In this document: piece after piece, positions 39,075 to 52,657 of the stretch | How the letters are laid out: each line of letters begins with the position of its first letter | How positions within the stretch are numbered: the first letter of the stretch is position 1 | Assembly: GCA_015680685.1 (NCBI GenBank) | Contig: MNCI01001928.1 | Coordinates: 1-64,000 of the forward strand | Origin: Gnetum montanum | Lineage: Eukaryota > Plantae > Gnetophyta | Direction: 5' to 3' | Length of the DNA stretch: 64,000 bases | The notes under the pieces: generated by a model | Database searches by the model: none | The model's input: only the letters and a program-made list of their open reading frames with translations | What the model was told of the DNA's origin: nothing | Translations under genes and position numbers: made by a program

Positions 39075-39819
39075 TGATGAGGAGCTCCCATATATTCCAT
39101 AATACAAGCTTTCTCAAAGTTATAAAATCGTAAATTGAATAATAAAAGGGAAAATGAAAGCATTATTCTTGCTCAAATTGAGAAATTATAGCTAAAAGAA
39201 AGCATAATTCCAAAGGACAAATAAGAGATTCAATCCAACTCAAACACATTAAATCAAAGAAAATACACATTGACAAGGATGATCATCAAGGCACCTTGCG
39301 AAGACTCTATCTCTCTCCACTCTTCTCTCACTCATCTCTCTCCCCCTAGACTCTCTCCTCAAACTCTCTTTAGACTCTCTTCATCAAATTGAAGGCCTAA
39401 GAGATCTATTTATATCTTATTCCCCTTATCTCTTCATCTTCACTCCAATTTATCATTCAATTGAATGTTCATTAAAGTTCATGGAAGATGTCTCTCTTAA
39501 GTGCAGAAGTTATTAGAGTAGATATCTTTGAGAAATAAGAGACATCTCTCCTGAGTGTAGAAGTTATCAGAGTAGATGTCTTTGAGGTGTAGTAGATGTC
39601 TAACTATTAGTATAGACGTCTACCCTACTAGGGCCAAAGTTAAAGATGCTTTTTTTTAAGGCTTGGAACCTCTAGACACCTCTAAATAAGTCCCCATAGC
39701 CCCTAGAATATCTTAAAGTCATCAAAATGGCTCCAAAAGACTTCCAAACATGCCAAAACTCTAGGTAAAGATCCCATCATTAGAGAGATGTTAATTTAAC
39801 CTATTTGATGGCCACATCA
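39075..39819 (-). repeat. 3' LTR of B
   Basis: Colinear with 43087-43847. Confidence 0.92.
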
Positions 39820-40019
39820 ACACCCTCCACCCTTAAAAGACTCTTGATTCCCACACAAGATGCCTTTACACTTGGAATAGCTCTTCCTTCCTCACATAGA
39901 CCATAATTCACACATAAACCAAAGCATAACACACATGGATTGATTAGAGCTTACACCATTTTATCTCTACCATCCAAACTTATTTCACAAACACATAAAC
40001 ACACAACACAATGTATGCA

Positions 40020-40075
40020 TGAGACACACACACACACATGTGCGCATGTGTGCACACACATACACACACACAAGC
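40020..40075. repeat. Interrupted (CA)n/(TG)n microsatellite in the 3' UTR of B
   Basis: GACACACACACACACATGTGCGCATGTGTGCACACACATACACACACACA. Confidence 0.9.
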
Positions 40076-40199
40076 ACAATTTTGTGCTTACATCACAGTG
40101 GAGAAATTCATGAAAGAAGAGTGGATATGATCTTTGCCCTCAAAGGTTTCACTATGCTTCCTTTTTGAGAGCACCAAATCCCATGTGTTTCTTCCATGA

Positions 40200-42730
40200 C
40201 GTGCAACAAAAGAAGATTAAGGAAATTAAAAAGGATTAGGTCTCCTTAAACCAATTTCCCTCCTTCCATCCTTTTTCCTCTTCTTCACCTTCTTCTTCTT
40301 GGTGTTTGGAAGATTACCACTTAGCTTCCTTTCACCATCATCATCATAATGTAGATTGTCTGCATGCTACTCATCCATTTCATAGCCAAGACGATCAAGG
40401 TCAACAACACCTTTCACAAATTCATCCTTGTCATGATGCACAAAAAATATCTCTAATTTTTGGAAAATCATATCATTATCAATGTCTTCACCAACATCAA
40501 TAATGATGGTCCCATAATGACTATGCCAATAGGCATCATCATCAAACACATTACCATTATTAGTCTTCTTCTTACTAACAATGGCATCAAAAATTACATT
40601 ACTCTCATCACAAACAACATGACTCCCAATTTTATCACAATCACTAAAATGATCATGATTCTCATAATTATAATTAAATAAACCACTACCAAGTTGAAGT
40701 GAAAAACTAGCATCCATCATACTAGCTTCAACATGAGAGACATTACTACCATCAACAAGGTAAAGCTCATACATACTTAACTCTTCATCTGTTCTCCCAT
40801 CCCATTTTGCTTCAATTTAAGCTTCAAAATGTGGCTGCCCAATCTCATCAAAGATTGAAGGTTCAAGATCTCAAATAGGAGTTCTCAATTCAATTGGCTT
40901 CTCCTATTCAAAGGAATCATCAACAAGCTCTTCATCCCATTTTCAAGGTACTAGCTCAAAATATAAACTCTCCTCCATGGCTTTAACATCATTTTCATCA
41001 TAAACATAATCAAAGTAATCATTCTTCCACATACTTTGGCTAGAAGACTCCCCTATCTCCCATGAGATAGCCTCAATTTGGCTTAGAATCTCCTTTCCCT
41101 TCTCATAAGGTATAGAACAATTGCAAAAAATATGAGAATCATACCTTCTAGTAATGCTCTTGACCCTTCTTTAAGAAGTCCCTTGATCCTTACCACTCCT
41201 TTGGCTTGGATCCTTCACTTCCCATGACTCATGAGGTAGGAACTCTCCTTGATTAGTAGCATTCACCATCTTGGACTTTAAAGATCTCTTGATTCCTTTG
41301 ATGAAGTGCTTGGTTTCCTTCCTTGAAACCTTGGAGTATTGAGCACTTATTTGCATAATAAGAGGTACTTGAGAACTCATTTTTTCATTGATCTCTACTT
41401 CGTCAGATTTTTCTTCTTCCTCATTTCTTTGATTAACATTTACATTTCCCAAAAATGTCCAAGAATTAATTTTTGTGGCATCTTCAATCACATGAGGTCT
41501 ACCTTTATTAGAGGATCCTTCATTTTCTAAGATTTGGAGTTTCTTTCTCTTGGAAAACGTTCACTTATTACACTCTCATTATTTGTGTTCCTTTTTACCA
41601 TAATTGAAGCATTGAAGGTTGGAGGGATAACCATTTCCTTGACCTTTCCCTTTCTTGGAGTAGGCCTTCTTGGAATCTTGGCCCTCCTTAAACTTCTCTT
41701 GCTTCTCCTTTATGTCTTCTTTGACATTTCCATTCTCCTTGGATGCTTTCTCACATTCAAAAGATTTGGAGTTCTTTCCCTTAGAAGATTTAGGACCTCT
41801 AGTATAGCCTTGGAAGTTTTTTTTAGCCTTAAGAGCCAATTCAAAAGCCTCATCCAATGTTTAGGGCTCAAAGAAGGTTACCTCTTGTTGATACTTCCTT
41901 TTTAGTCCTCCTTGAAAGTTAGATGCTTGTTCATAATCATCCCAATGAATTTTTTCAAGATAATAAATACTTATAGAAATCCATGTAGTAGTCCTTCACA
42001 TTGTTATTACCTTGCCTTAGGTACTTCAATTTTTAGATGTCCTACTGTCTAGGATGAATTTTCTTAAATTTTTGCTTGAGCATGAACTACATTAAAGACT
42101 AATCCTTGATAGGAGTACCATTTTCACCTTGTAATAATGACTTTCCTTTTCCCATCATACAAGTGTTATGCCTTCAAATTTGGTTTCAAAAAAAGACACC
42201 TTTTGATGATTTTCCACATCTTCAAGTTTAAAGTACTTGTTAATCATTTTCAGCCAAGAGAGAAAAGCTTTAGTTCCTTCCATGCCATTGAAATATTTGA
42301 CTTCAACATGAGGCATCCTTGAAGCATGTCTAAAAGCTCTTGCAAGAGTGACTTCAATTCCTTCACCTTGCTTCCTTTGAGGCTTAGAAGGAAGTTCCTT
42401 TTTCCATTTCGTTGGAGAAATTAAGTCTTGAGACTTATTTTGAGCAGTAGGAGCATGAAGAAAAACATCATCTTGAGCTTCTCCTTCTCCAAAATATTCA
42501 TCTTCAAAAGGAATATCATCTTCAAGGGATGGCATTGAGGAATTTCTTGAAGAATACCTTGGTGAAGAATTGCATGACTTGTACCCTTCCTTGGATTCTT
42601 TTGGTGAAGAAGCATGTCCTTTGTCCTCTCCAAGCTTTTGAACTTTGTCAAAAATGAGCTTGAGAGAATTTCTTATGTCATCCATGTCTCTTGAAAAAGC
42701 TTGAACTATCTTCTTCTTTGGAGGCATGAT
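40200..42730 (-). pseudogene. gag of B with long acidic C-terminal extension, disrupted
   Basis: MPPKKK start; VEVKYFNG..AFLSWLKMINKYF..KVSFFETKFEG (Ty3 capsid-like); LRQGN..VKDY; MDEAFELALKA; degenerate zinc knuckle CFNYGKKEH; then D/E-rich fragments (41491-41171, 40774-40367). Confidence 0.8.
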
Positions 42731-43086
42731 GGAAATTGATCTAAAAGAAAATTTTCTCAAAATTCTACAAGGAAGATGGAATTTTCAAGAATTATCAAGA
42801 AATGAGATAAGAAATTTTTAGATCTTAAGAGAAATGAGCATAAGATCTTCAAACCATAGCTATTACAAGTCAATGGGTGCCCAATTCCACAATTATCTTC
42901 AAATTCTTGAAAGATATGACAAAACTTAGGGACCAAAGGAAACTTTAAAATCCTAGGATAAGTAGAACAAGTAGCAAGAGAGAATTCATCCAAGATTGAG
43001 AATTTGGAGTGATTCTTTACAATTGAGATGAGAATTATCCACATGAATGTAATTTTCTTCAATTCCAAGATGCTTTGATAATAATC

Positions 43087-43847
43087 TAATAAGGAGCTCC
43101 CATGGATTTCATAATCCAAGCTCTCTGAAAGTCATAAAACAAGAAATTGAACAAGAAAAAAGAAAATGAAAGCTTTATTCTTGCTCAAATTGAGAAATTA
43201 TAGCTAAAAGAAAGCATAGTTTCAAAGGATAGATAAGATATTCAAGCCAACTCTCACACACTCCATCAAAGAAAACACACACTTGTAAGGATGATCATCA
43301 AGGTACCTTGCGAAGACTCTATCTCTCTCTACTCTTCTCTCACTCACCTCTCTCTTCCTAGACTCTCTCCTCAAACTCTCTTTAGACTCTCTTCATCAAA
43401 TTGAAGTCCAAGAGGTCTATTTATACCTTTTCACCTCTACCTCTTCATCTTCCCTCTAATTTATCATTCAATTAAATGTTCATTAAAATCCATGGAAGAC
43501 ATCTTCAAGAAATAGCAGACGTCTCTTCCAAGTGCTGAAGTTATCAGAGTAGATGTCTTTGAGAAATAGGAGACGTCTCTTGAGTGTAGAAGTTATCAGA
43601 GTAGACGTCTTTGAGGTGTAGTAGATGTCTAGCTATTAGTGCAGATGTCTATCTTGCTAGGGTCAAAGTTAAAGATGCTTGTTTTGAGGCTTGGAACTTC
43701 TAAACACCTTCAAACAAGTCCCCATAACTCCTAGAACATCCTAAAGTCATCAAAATGGCCCCAAAAGACTCCCAAACATGCCAAAACTCCAAGGAAATAT
43801 CCCATCATTGGAGAGATGTTACTTTGGCCTATTTGATGTCCACATCA
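43087..43847 (-). repeat. 5' LTR of B
   Basis: Adjacent to the PBS. TATAAATAG on the - strand at ~43417-43425, with an AGACGTCT array upstream of it. Confidence 0.92.
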
Positions 43848-46800
43848 CATGGGTTATGAAAATGGGCAAGCATTGTTAGAGGTGCTAATTTTCCAACAAT
43901 ACCTACTTACATTACTTATGATTATTCATGAGATGAATTCTTTGGCTTTATAATTTAGAATAATAGGGGTAGGTAACCACAAGAAATTTTTTCTTAAATT
44001 GATTCCATCTAGTATTAGGTGAAGCATCATCAACTAGTTCTTGAGGAGAATCACTGATAACATCTAAGATAGGTGAGATCTTTTTGGATCAACTAGTCCT
44101 TAAGGATGGTTAATTTCTATAGCAATTCTAGTTCATTTATTTCCTTACCATTCTGAGTGAAATCATGGTTTTGGTATTGATTATGAATTCTAATCTCATG
44201 AACCTTGAGATGGTATTTTGTGTTTAGCATGTGGCCCCATCCTACAACTTGTTCTAGGTGCATCAAGATGGTTGGCTCTACTAGAAGGTTTCTCATTCTT
44301 CTTATATGTTTATATGAAAATTCAAGTAACAAGATCTAGGAGCTTGGTGATTATTGAAGCATCATCAATGGAGTTTCTATCTTTTGTCTTCAATTGTAGT
44401 TTCTTTTGAGATTCATATATTGATGAACATGATGTATTGAGATTGTTGTAACAATGGATGATATTGCTCTATTCTTATGAGATCATGGTTTATGTTATGA
44501 TTTATGGAATTTATTTATGATACTTCAATGTGGATTCTTGTAGCCATGTACTTTACTATTTAAGTTTTATTATGCTTATGATCCATTCTTTTTAAAGTAA
44601 TAAGCAGTATTGCATTACATGTTCTAAGTTTTTAGATTTGTGTAATTTAATCGTGGAGATTCTTAAGTTAAATTTCTGGATTATGAAAAATTTTACTCCT
44701 ATCCTTTACATCCACCTCTTGTACATCCTCAACCATCACATACTTTTCTTTTCTTAATGCCATCCCCATAAATGCAAGATGAGATACCTCCATATCCATA
44801 CCAAAAAAATGCTACTAGATCCTTAAAAATATAAATGGATGATAGTTCAAGCTATTATGAGTGTAATCTCTAGAAATGCCCTTTCTTTATGCCTACTAGT
44901 CTACCTAAACTCATCCAAGCATTAGTGGCTATGAACTTTGCACTAATGTTAATAACTTTCAATATTCCATATGAGCCACCTTTAAGAAAAAGCTCAAATG
45001 TATAAACTTGCATGCTAACCCATACTATTCTTGATTGGATTAGAGTAAGTAGTCTTTCCAAGAAAAGAACAAGTCTTGAAAGTCCTCTAATTTGCTTATA
45101 GAATATAGGAAATGCATCATGCAAAGCTTTATTAGAGTTATATTTTGATATTAATTTGATCTTCCAAGAGATATAAAAAGCACAGAATTTTCCATGATTT
45201 AAAAAGTGTAACATTAGGTTGGAGCTTAAAGACTAGTCCATCATTGGTTCCTTGAGATAGGTGGAAGACATTATGATCACAATCAATGGGTAGTTCTATC
45301 TAGCATATTTCCTAGTAATCCATGTAGATAACTACAAGAGAAATTTTTCCATTATTATGGAAAGGGCTTGGCTAATTTCTATTGATGTCAAGCTTGGAAT
45401 TAGAGATCTATCCTTAAAAATTTCCAAAGAGAATGAACATAGAGAAATTAAGAAGAAGAGAGTTCTATGCATTACATACAATTATATAGGATACAATTGC
45501 ATGTAGAGAGCCTAGACAATTAAAGAGAGGAATATTACATCATGTAGTTCTTATGAAGAGAATGTGTTTGTGGAAAAGTGCCTATACATAGTAGTTACTA
45601 AATGGAAAGACACCCAATGATTGATAATAAGAAAAAGCTACCAATAATTAATTTGCATAGTCCAACTCATATGTAGAGAAGCTAGACGAGATGGAGCATG
45701 TACAATAACAACTCTCATAGATAACACATATGCAACAAGAAGATACTCATTGGGAAGAGTAAAAATTTCAAAAAAAAAAAAAAAAAAACTATGCTTGAAA
45801 AAATTGAATGAAGGGCATTATTAGAATTGCTTGAATATAAACTAGTAATCATCAATGATGAGCTAATAGAAGAGTAGGAAAAGAAGGTACTAGAAGTTAT
45901 GAACAAATGATCAACAATCTTTGCTTGGACATATGATGAGATAATAGGGATATAGCCAAGCATATGCTAGTATAGAATTTACATAGATCCCACCAATAAG
46001 TTCAAACATCAATCATAGTGTTGGCTAAATTCAAAGCTTAAGCAACTATTCAAGCATAAAATTCAAAATCTCTTGAAATATGGATTCATATATCTTGTAG
46101 TAGATACTAAGTGGATGATGCATTATAATTATGCCTAAAAAGAAAGGCCAAGAAAGGATCTACATTAACTTTAGATTGTTGAACATGACAACATTCAAGA
46201 ATCACTTTCTATTACCATTTGTTGATCAACTATTAGATAGTATAGCAAGATACAAATATTATAGCTTCTTGGATAATTATAGCAACTATAATCAAATCTA
46301 GATTATATCTTAGAACTAGGCCAAGATAAAATTTACAAGTCCATGGGGGGCTTTTTTTTTTGGCAAAAAGATGTCATTTTAGTTGTGTAATATTCATGCT
46401 ACCTTCCAATGCCTAGTCTTGAGCATCTTTCAAAAGCAAATAGGAAATGGTATTGAAGTTTTCATGGATGACTTCTTCCCCTATGATTCTAACTTCAAAC
46501 AATTGCTTGATCATCTAGAATAGGTATTGACGGGGTGCATGGACATAAATTTAAAACTCATTTGTAGAAAAGTCATTTCATGGTTAAAGAATATATTGTT
46601 CATAGGCATATAATATCAAAAAAAGACATTGAGTTTAATCTTAAAAAGATTAAAGTAGTCCATGGAATCACTTAGAGATTTCAAATAATAAAGGATGTGA
46701 GGTCATTCCTTGGATACCAAGGATACTATAGGCATTTAACCAAGAATTTTTAAAAGATTGCAAAGCTATTGATAACGATTATAAAGAAGGATGTACCTTT

Positions 46801-48119
46801 TATTTGGTTGGATAATTGTGAAGAGACATTCGAGCTTATCAAGTAATGACTTATAGGGATTCCAATTGTACAAGTACCTGACTAGTCAAGGTCATTTTAA
46901 ATAATGATTGATGCATTCAATTATAGCTTAGGAGCCATGATCACATAGTTAATCGATAAATAATATTCATACTACATTCACTGCATAAGTGGAAGCATTA
47001 CTGGTATGTAGTTAAACTACATCATAATTGACATAGAGCTATGATTGTGATGTATGAACTTTAAAAGTTTATGCACCATGTGCTTGGATATCCTATTTTT
47101 ATGTACATAGATCATAGTGCAACTAGGTTCCTCACGAAGAAACCAATGGTAAGCCCCTAAATCATTTGGTGACTAGTGATCTTTCAAGAATTTAGTATTA
47201 CTATGATTAATAAGAAGGAAATAATGAAATATAGTTGTAAATCATTTTTATAGGTTGAGATGGAATAATAACATTGATGAATAGCATTTATTTGATCAAT
47301 TTCTTAGTGAGGCTTTATTTTCAAAGACTACTGTAATTTCCTCATCAACAAGTAGTCCTTACTTTGTTAACTACCTCATATATTTTAAGGACCAAAGAAT
47401 TCCTCTTAAATGGGATAAATGTAGCATCCAATAATTTTTGTACCAAGTTAAGCATTTATGAAAATAGAGGGTAATCTCTATAAAATGTTTACAAATGGCT
47501 TGATGCGTTAGTATGTTTTGGAGGAGAACTAATTGAAAGTTATCTAAGATGCATATAAAGAATCATGGAAAGACCATTATGTAGGAATAAGAATAATCAT
47601 AAATATTTTCATGGCTAGGTATTTTTGGCCAAGACTCTTTTGTAATGTACATTACTTTGTCAATTCTTGTGAATGCTATCAATAAGACAATGGGGTGTTG
47701 ACACAATTTCATGGATTGCAGTAGTGGATACAACCATTAGAGCCTTTTAATTTGTAGGGAATTAATTTCATAAATCCTATCATCCCTTCATCAAATAAAA
47801 AATTTTACATCATCATTGCTCTGGACTATTGTATAAAGTGAATGGAAGAAACTATAGTAATTGATTGCACTATAGCAACTGATGCTAAGTTCTTTGAGCA
47901 ACAAGTGGCAAATAGGTTTATTGTGCCATGGGCACTAATATTAGATAATGGAACATATTTTATAGGGATAAAATTTAAGAAATTGATGTAATGCTTGGGG
48001 TGTATATCAAAATTAACTACATCATACAATCCTCAAGCTAATCGCTAAGTTAATGTCATAAATCATGAAAAAACACACATACTAATATGGATCATTAGTA
48101 AATACATGAAGGATTAGAG

Positions 48120-49369
48120 TGTGGACCTTTTAGTATGTCAAAACGTTAAGTAAAATGAAGTCAAAGGTTGTTTGTAGGGTTGTGTGGTTATTGTGTGTTT
48201 GTAGGACAATGTACATGGGAAGCCAAGATGAGATAAAGCCTATAGAGATGACAAGAAACAAATTGGTTTAGAGCTCAAAAGAGAAGGTCATCCACAAGGC
48301 CTCAAATGAACATGCAAGAATTCCAAAGAACGTGGACAAGGACCAAATACTATACAAGCAAAGTTATCATCATTAAAGCATGTAGAAGATCAAGTTATGG
48401 ATAAAAAATGATGAATTCGAAGGGCAAAGAAAGTTGAAGAAAGACATCTTTGAGAAACAACAAACGTCTTGGTAGAATTAGAGTGAACACAACCAAAGGC
48501 GTCTTCAATAAATAATAGATGTCTTTCCCTAGGTAGGGATGACTTCCATCAGGCAAAGATGTCTTTATAGAATACAAGCCAATTTCAGAAAGACATATTT
48601 CTATAGACAAAGACGTCTTCTAGAATGGAGATTCTAGAGAGACGTCTTTCCAAGACAAAGACATCTTCCTAGAATTAAAGGGGAATGTAGAAAGACTTCT
48701 TAGGCATGAAGAGGATGTCTTCCATGACCATTAGCTAGCCATTGCATGAGTTTCAAGATGGATTTAGAAACATGGTAGTTATAATAAGACATCATATGCA
48801 TTGGAAAATGTGCAAGCTTGTGTACAATCATCATCAAATCATTTGTTTATTATTGTAATATTTGTTGCTTTTCATTGTATCATCATTTTTTCATTGTAAA
48901 ATGTCTTGTACCTCTATGTATAAGGATTAGAAAGCTAAGCTGCATTTGTCCCTTGTAATTTTTCTCTCTTGTTGCCTTGCGGGGTTGATGTGCTTCTTGC
49001 AAGAAGGCATGTTACTTGAGCTTGCCAAGATCCTATGGGATTGAGTTGTTGGTACTATGATATAACACTTTGGAGTAGAGCTTAAGGTTGTGGAAGCTCA
49101 GAAACCATCTTCCAAGCATGATAGGACCTTGTGGGGTCAAGTGGCTAGTGTTGTAGCATAACACTCAGGAGCAAGACTTAAAGACTATATCATCCTTCAA
49201 CTACATTTTGAGAGCAACAAAGTTTGGAGATGTGCTAGGGATATACCCTTTGAGTGTGGACTATCCAAGTTGGGGAACCAATTTAAACTCGATGTGTGTG
49301 CTTTTTTGTTACAAATTTTTAATTTGGGGAACTTATTCATTTCTCCCCTTCTAAGTTCAATGACCCACA
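48120..49369 (+). repeat. 5' LTR of D (1250 bp)
   Basis: Colinear with 52658-53941; followed by the iMet PBS. Confidence 0.95.
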
Positions 49370-49439
49370 AGTGGTATTAGAGCTTGGTACTCTTCTTTGT
49401 CATCATCAACTTCAAGAGTGAGCATTGGAGGGGACATTT

Positions 49440-50742
49440 TATATAAATCCATACATGTTCAATGGATTCAACTTTACCTATTAGAAAGAAAGAATGCAAG
49501 GATTCTTTGAATCCATGGAGTTTGAAGTATGGGAGTTGATCCTTGAAGACTATGCTTTGCTTGTTGACAACTGCATCAACATCATCAAGCCTTGTAATAA
49601 ATGGACATAAGAGAAAAAAGATAAGTTTATGTTTGATTCAAAAGAAAAAAAAAATTACTTATATTGTGCATTGAATAAATGTGAAATTAATAGAGTAGTA
49701 GGATGTAAAATGGCCAAAGAAATTTGGTAGACTTTAGAAGCTACTTATGAGAAAACATCTATTATTAGGTAATCGAAATTATTAGTTTTACAAAGAGAGT
49801 ACAATAAACTCAAAATGAGAGAAGGTGAGAAAATAAAGGATTATTTATCTAGAGCTAATGATCTTGTTGTAGCTATCAGAGGAATAGGAAAGGATCTATC
49901 TAAAAGTGATGTCATCATCAAAATGATTAGAACTCTACAATTGGAGTTCAAAGGTCACCACTATGGAGGAAATCATAAATTTCTCAACATTGAAATTTGA
50001 AGAGCTTCAAAGTGCTCTCATTTCCTATGAAATGAATCTCATAAGTGAAGGAGTAATCCAAGAAAGATTTATTGCTCTAAAGATTGCCTCCAAGAAGAAG
50101 TCAAATAAGCATGATGAGGGAAGCAAAGATGAGATTGCCCTTCTCTCAAGAAAACTACAACATTTGCTTACAAGAAGAAGCAAGGGAGCATATAATCAAA
50201 GACCTAATATTTTTGGAGGTAGATAGAGGTAAATACTTTTTAAATGCTTCTAACTTTGATTTCTCTTCTATAGAATGTTGGGTTTATGGAGGAAGAGGTC
50301 ATATGGCCTTTGAATGTCCTAGCAATCCAAGTGATAGCAAGGTAAAACAAAAGAATAGATTCAATGATGAGGAACTGAAAAGAAAAAATTTTATACAAGT
50401 TGGGATGATGGTAAGCAAAGTGAACAAGAAGCATGAAATTGTTTCAAAGATTCACATCTCATATGCATGGCACTTACCGATGAAAATTCCTCACATATGG
50501 TTGAACAGGATGGTAAATATGACAAGAGGTACAGTGAATTTAAAGAAAAAAATTTTCTTTTACATCATTTGATTAGGAAGGAAAAGAAACTAGTAATTTC
50601 TAAGTTAGATGCTATTCATGTTGAAATTAAAGATGAGATCTTAGGCATAAAAGCTAAGATTCAATCACTAACCTCTTTTACTAAGGATTGTAGGAAGGTT
50701 GAAGAAGAGGATACTCCTAAAAATTATCCAAAGAATTTATAG
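49440..50742 (+). pseudogene. Copia-type gag of D, disrupted
   Basis: PYMFNGFNFTY..ERMQGFFES..VWELI; AKEI*.TLEATYE; UBN2-like MREGEKIKDYLSRANDLV..VIIKMIRTL; ELQSALISYE; degenerate zinc knuckle CWVYGGRGHMAFECP. Confidence 0.88.
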
Positions 50743-52657
50743 GAAGTAACACATGAAGATTTGAGCTCAAGCTCAAGCATAGTAAGGTTTGATAATTTTG
50801 ATCATGAGGAAAATACTTTATTTGTGTATAAAAATTGTAGTTATAAGAAAAATCTTAGTTATACTCATGATGATTAAAATAAGATTAATTCTTGGTCTTG
50901 TCAAAAAGGCATTGGTAAGGAAATTGTGCAAGTACCAATAAGTGAGAATGAAGAGAGGTGGAGAATTGAAAAAGATGCAATAGGTGATCAAAGGTTTTAT
51001 CATAAAGAGCATGAATAAATAGAAACACCACATATATGATCTAATGAGAGAGAACTGAAGGATGAGGAAGTACTTCATGATAGGGGACCTCATCTCAAAC
51101 TCCATTAATCTTCTCCTCTTTCCAACAAGCAAGGTAAGTCAAGGTAAGTTTTCCATCTATTTGCTTGCTAGTTAATAAAAATAGTAGTTGAGAAGTCCAA
51201 AATTATTTGTGTCATATCTAGATTAGAAAAATGGTGAAATAAGTGTCTAGAGCATCTCTTACATTCATTCATGATATTGATATAGTTGTTTTTGTGAATA
51301 TTTATAGTGTATCACTTGTAATGATTTCTTATCTTGCATTCAATCTTCTTAATCTAAACTTCTTGTGATGATTTTATCTTAAGCTTATGTCCTTTCAAAT
51401 ATTTTTGCTATTTATGAGATAAGATAGATCCCTAAAATATTGTGGTTTGGAAACATTAGTCTCCACATTGGATCTTAATAGTGGATTATAGTTGTAATAC
51501 TTGAATGATTTACAAGTTGATCTTAAAGGCCCAAGAAAAGGTACACATGTGTAGGGGGAGCCTACTCCCCATTATCCATCTTCATCTTGGAGGACACCAA
51601 CGTAGGGGGAGCCTTTGGAGACTTGAGCCAAGAAACACTAAAATTGCAAGATATTCCAAAATGAGTAAGAAAAGGTCTTGAAGAGGTATTTTTTAAGTGG
51701 ATGATTATGTCTTGAATTTGTTTCCTAATAGCATTTTGTAAAAATAAGGTATATGAGTTATGTTTGAAAAATGGTTGTGTTGTGTTTGTTGTATTGCTTT
51801 ATACAAATACCTATCTATGCTTTGTCATGTTAGTTTCCTATCCTTTTGTACATGTTAGAAATTTTTGGTTAAGAGACAAAAGTCTTAATTAGGCACTTAA
51901 TTAGATTTCTTATTTGATATATCTTTGGTCATTAGCATCAAACTTATGTGTAGCTCCTTTGTCTTAATATATCATTAGCCTACCTATTTGATAGTCAAGC
52001 ATAAGTTGAAGTAAGAAGTACATATATATTTAAGAAAGAATGCAAATAGTGATATTATTTATTACAACAATATAAACAAGCTCATGATCATTTTGATTTT
52101 GGGAAAATATCCATGATTTTTTATTGAAATATATTTTGAGTAGTTTGCCTTGATATGTACTTCCTAGCTCTAGAATTTAGAATATGGCATGACTGATCTC
52201 ACATTGTGAATATGTCTTCTCCTTAACAAATATGCCCTTATCTTTTGATGATTAAAAGATGGAGAATATTTAAACATTAAAAGCACAGTGTACTACTAAT
52301 GAATTATTGAGATAGGTTACTTGATCTTCAAATTTTACGCTTCATTGTAGGCTTTAAGTTTGAATATCACTTGGAAGGCTTGGATTAGTTCTTGAAAAAA
52401 ATTAGGGGTACCTCTTCATGGATCTTAGTGTTGAAAAACATGTATTCATTAAATTGATTTTCTTGCTTCACTATATATTTTAGGATTATGTATGAATATT
52501 ATCTGAAAATTACTATTCCCTTAAATCTCTTTTCCACCAAACTTGGGTACTTTATCCTTTTCATTGCTATTCAAAAAGGAGAAGAGTAGTATGGTTATAT
52601 TTGTATGATTATCAACCCATTTTCTGAAGTTTTGAACATCAACAAAAAAGGGAAGAT

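Larger units (their letters stand above)
39075..43847 (-). mobile_element. Element B: non-autonomous gag-only Ty3/Gypsy-type LTR element (TR-GAG-like, 4.8 kb)
   Basis: LTRs 39075-39819 and 43087-43847 (TGATG...CATCA; the right copy starts TAATA by decay). TSD CATAG/CATGG. Decayed iMet PBS (GCTTTGATA, 43072-43083). PPT TTAAGGGTGGAGGG (- strand) at ~39823-39836. gag present; no PR/RT/RH/IN recognised. Confidence 0.9.
37610..44687. mobile_element. Insertion C: non-coding, probably a ~2.3-kb solo LTR, itself split by element B
   Basis: Similarity of A2 gag to A1 stops at ~37600 and resumes at ~44700. The insert starts TGTAATAAC, carries a decayed palindromic motif array (38440-38790) and has no coding motifs. 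Right end and TSD (CAAAT/AAAAT) are uncertain. Confidence 0.5.

Noticed and set aside
48440-48725. Regularly spaced AGACGTCT repeats as a CRISPR-like array
   Set aside because: Repeats are only 8 bp, irregularly spaced, duplicated in both LTRs, in a eukaryotic context with no cas genes.
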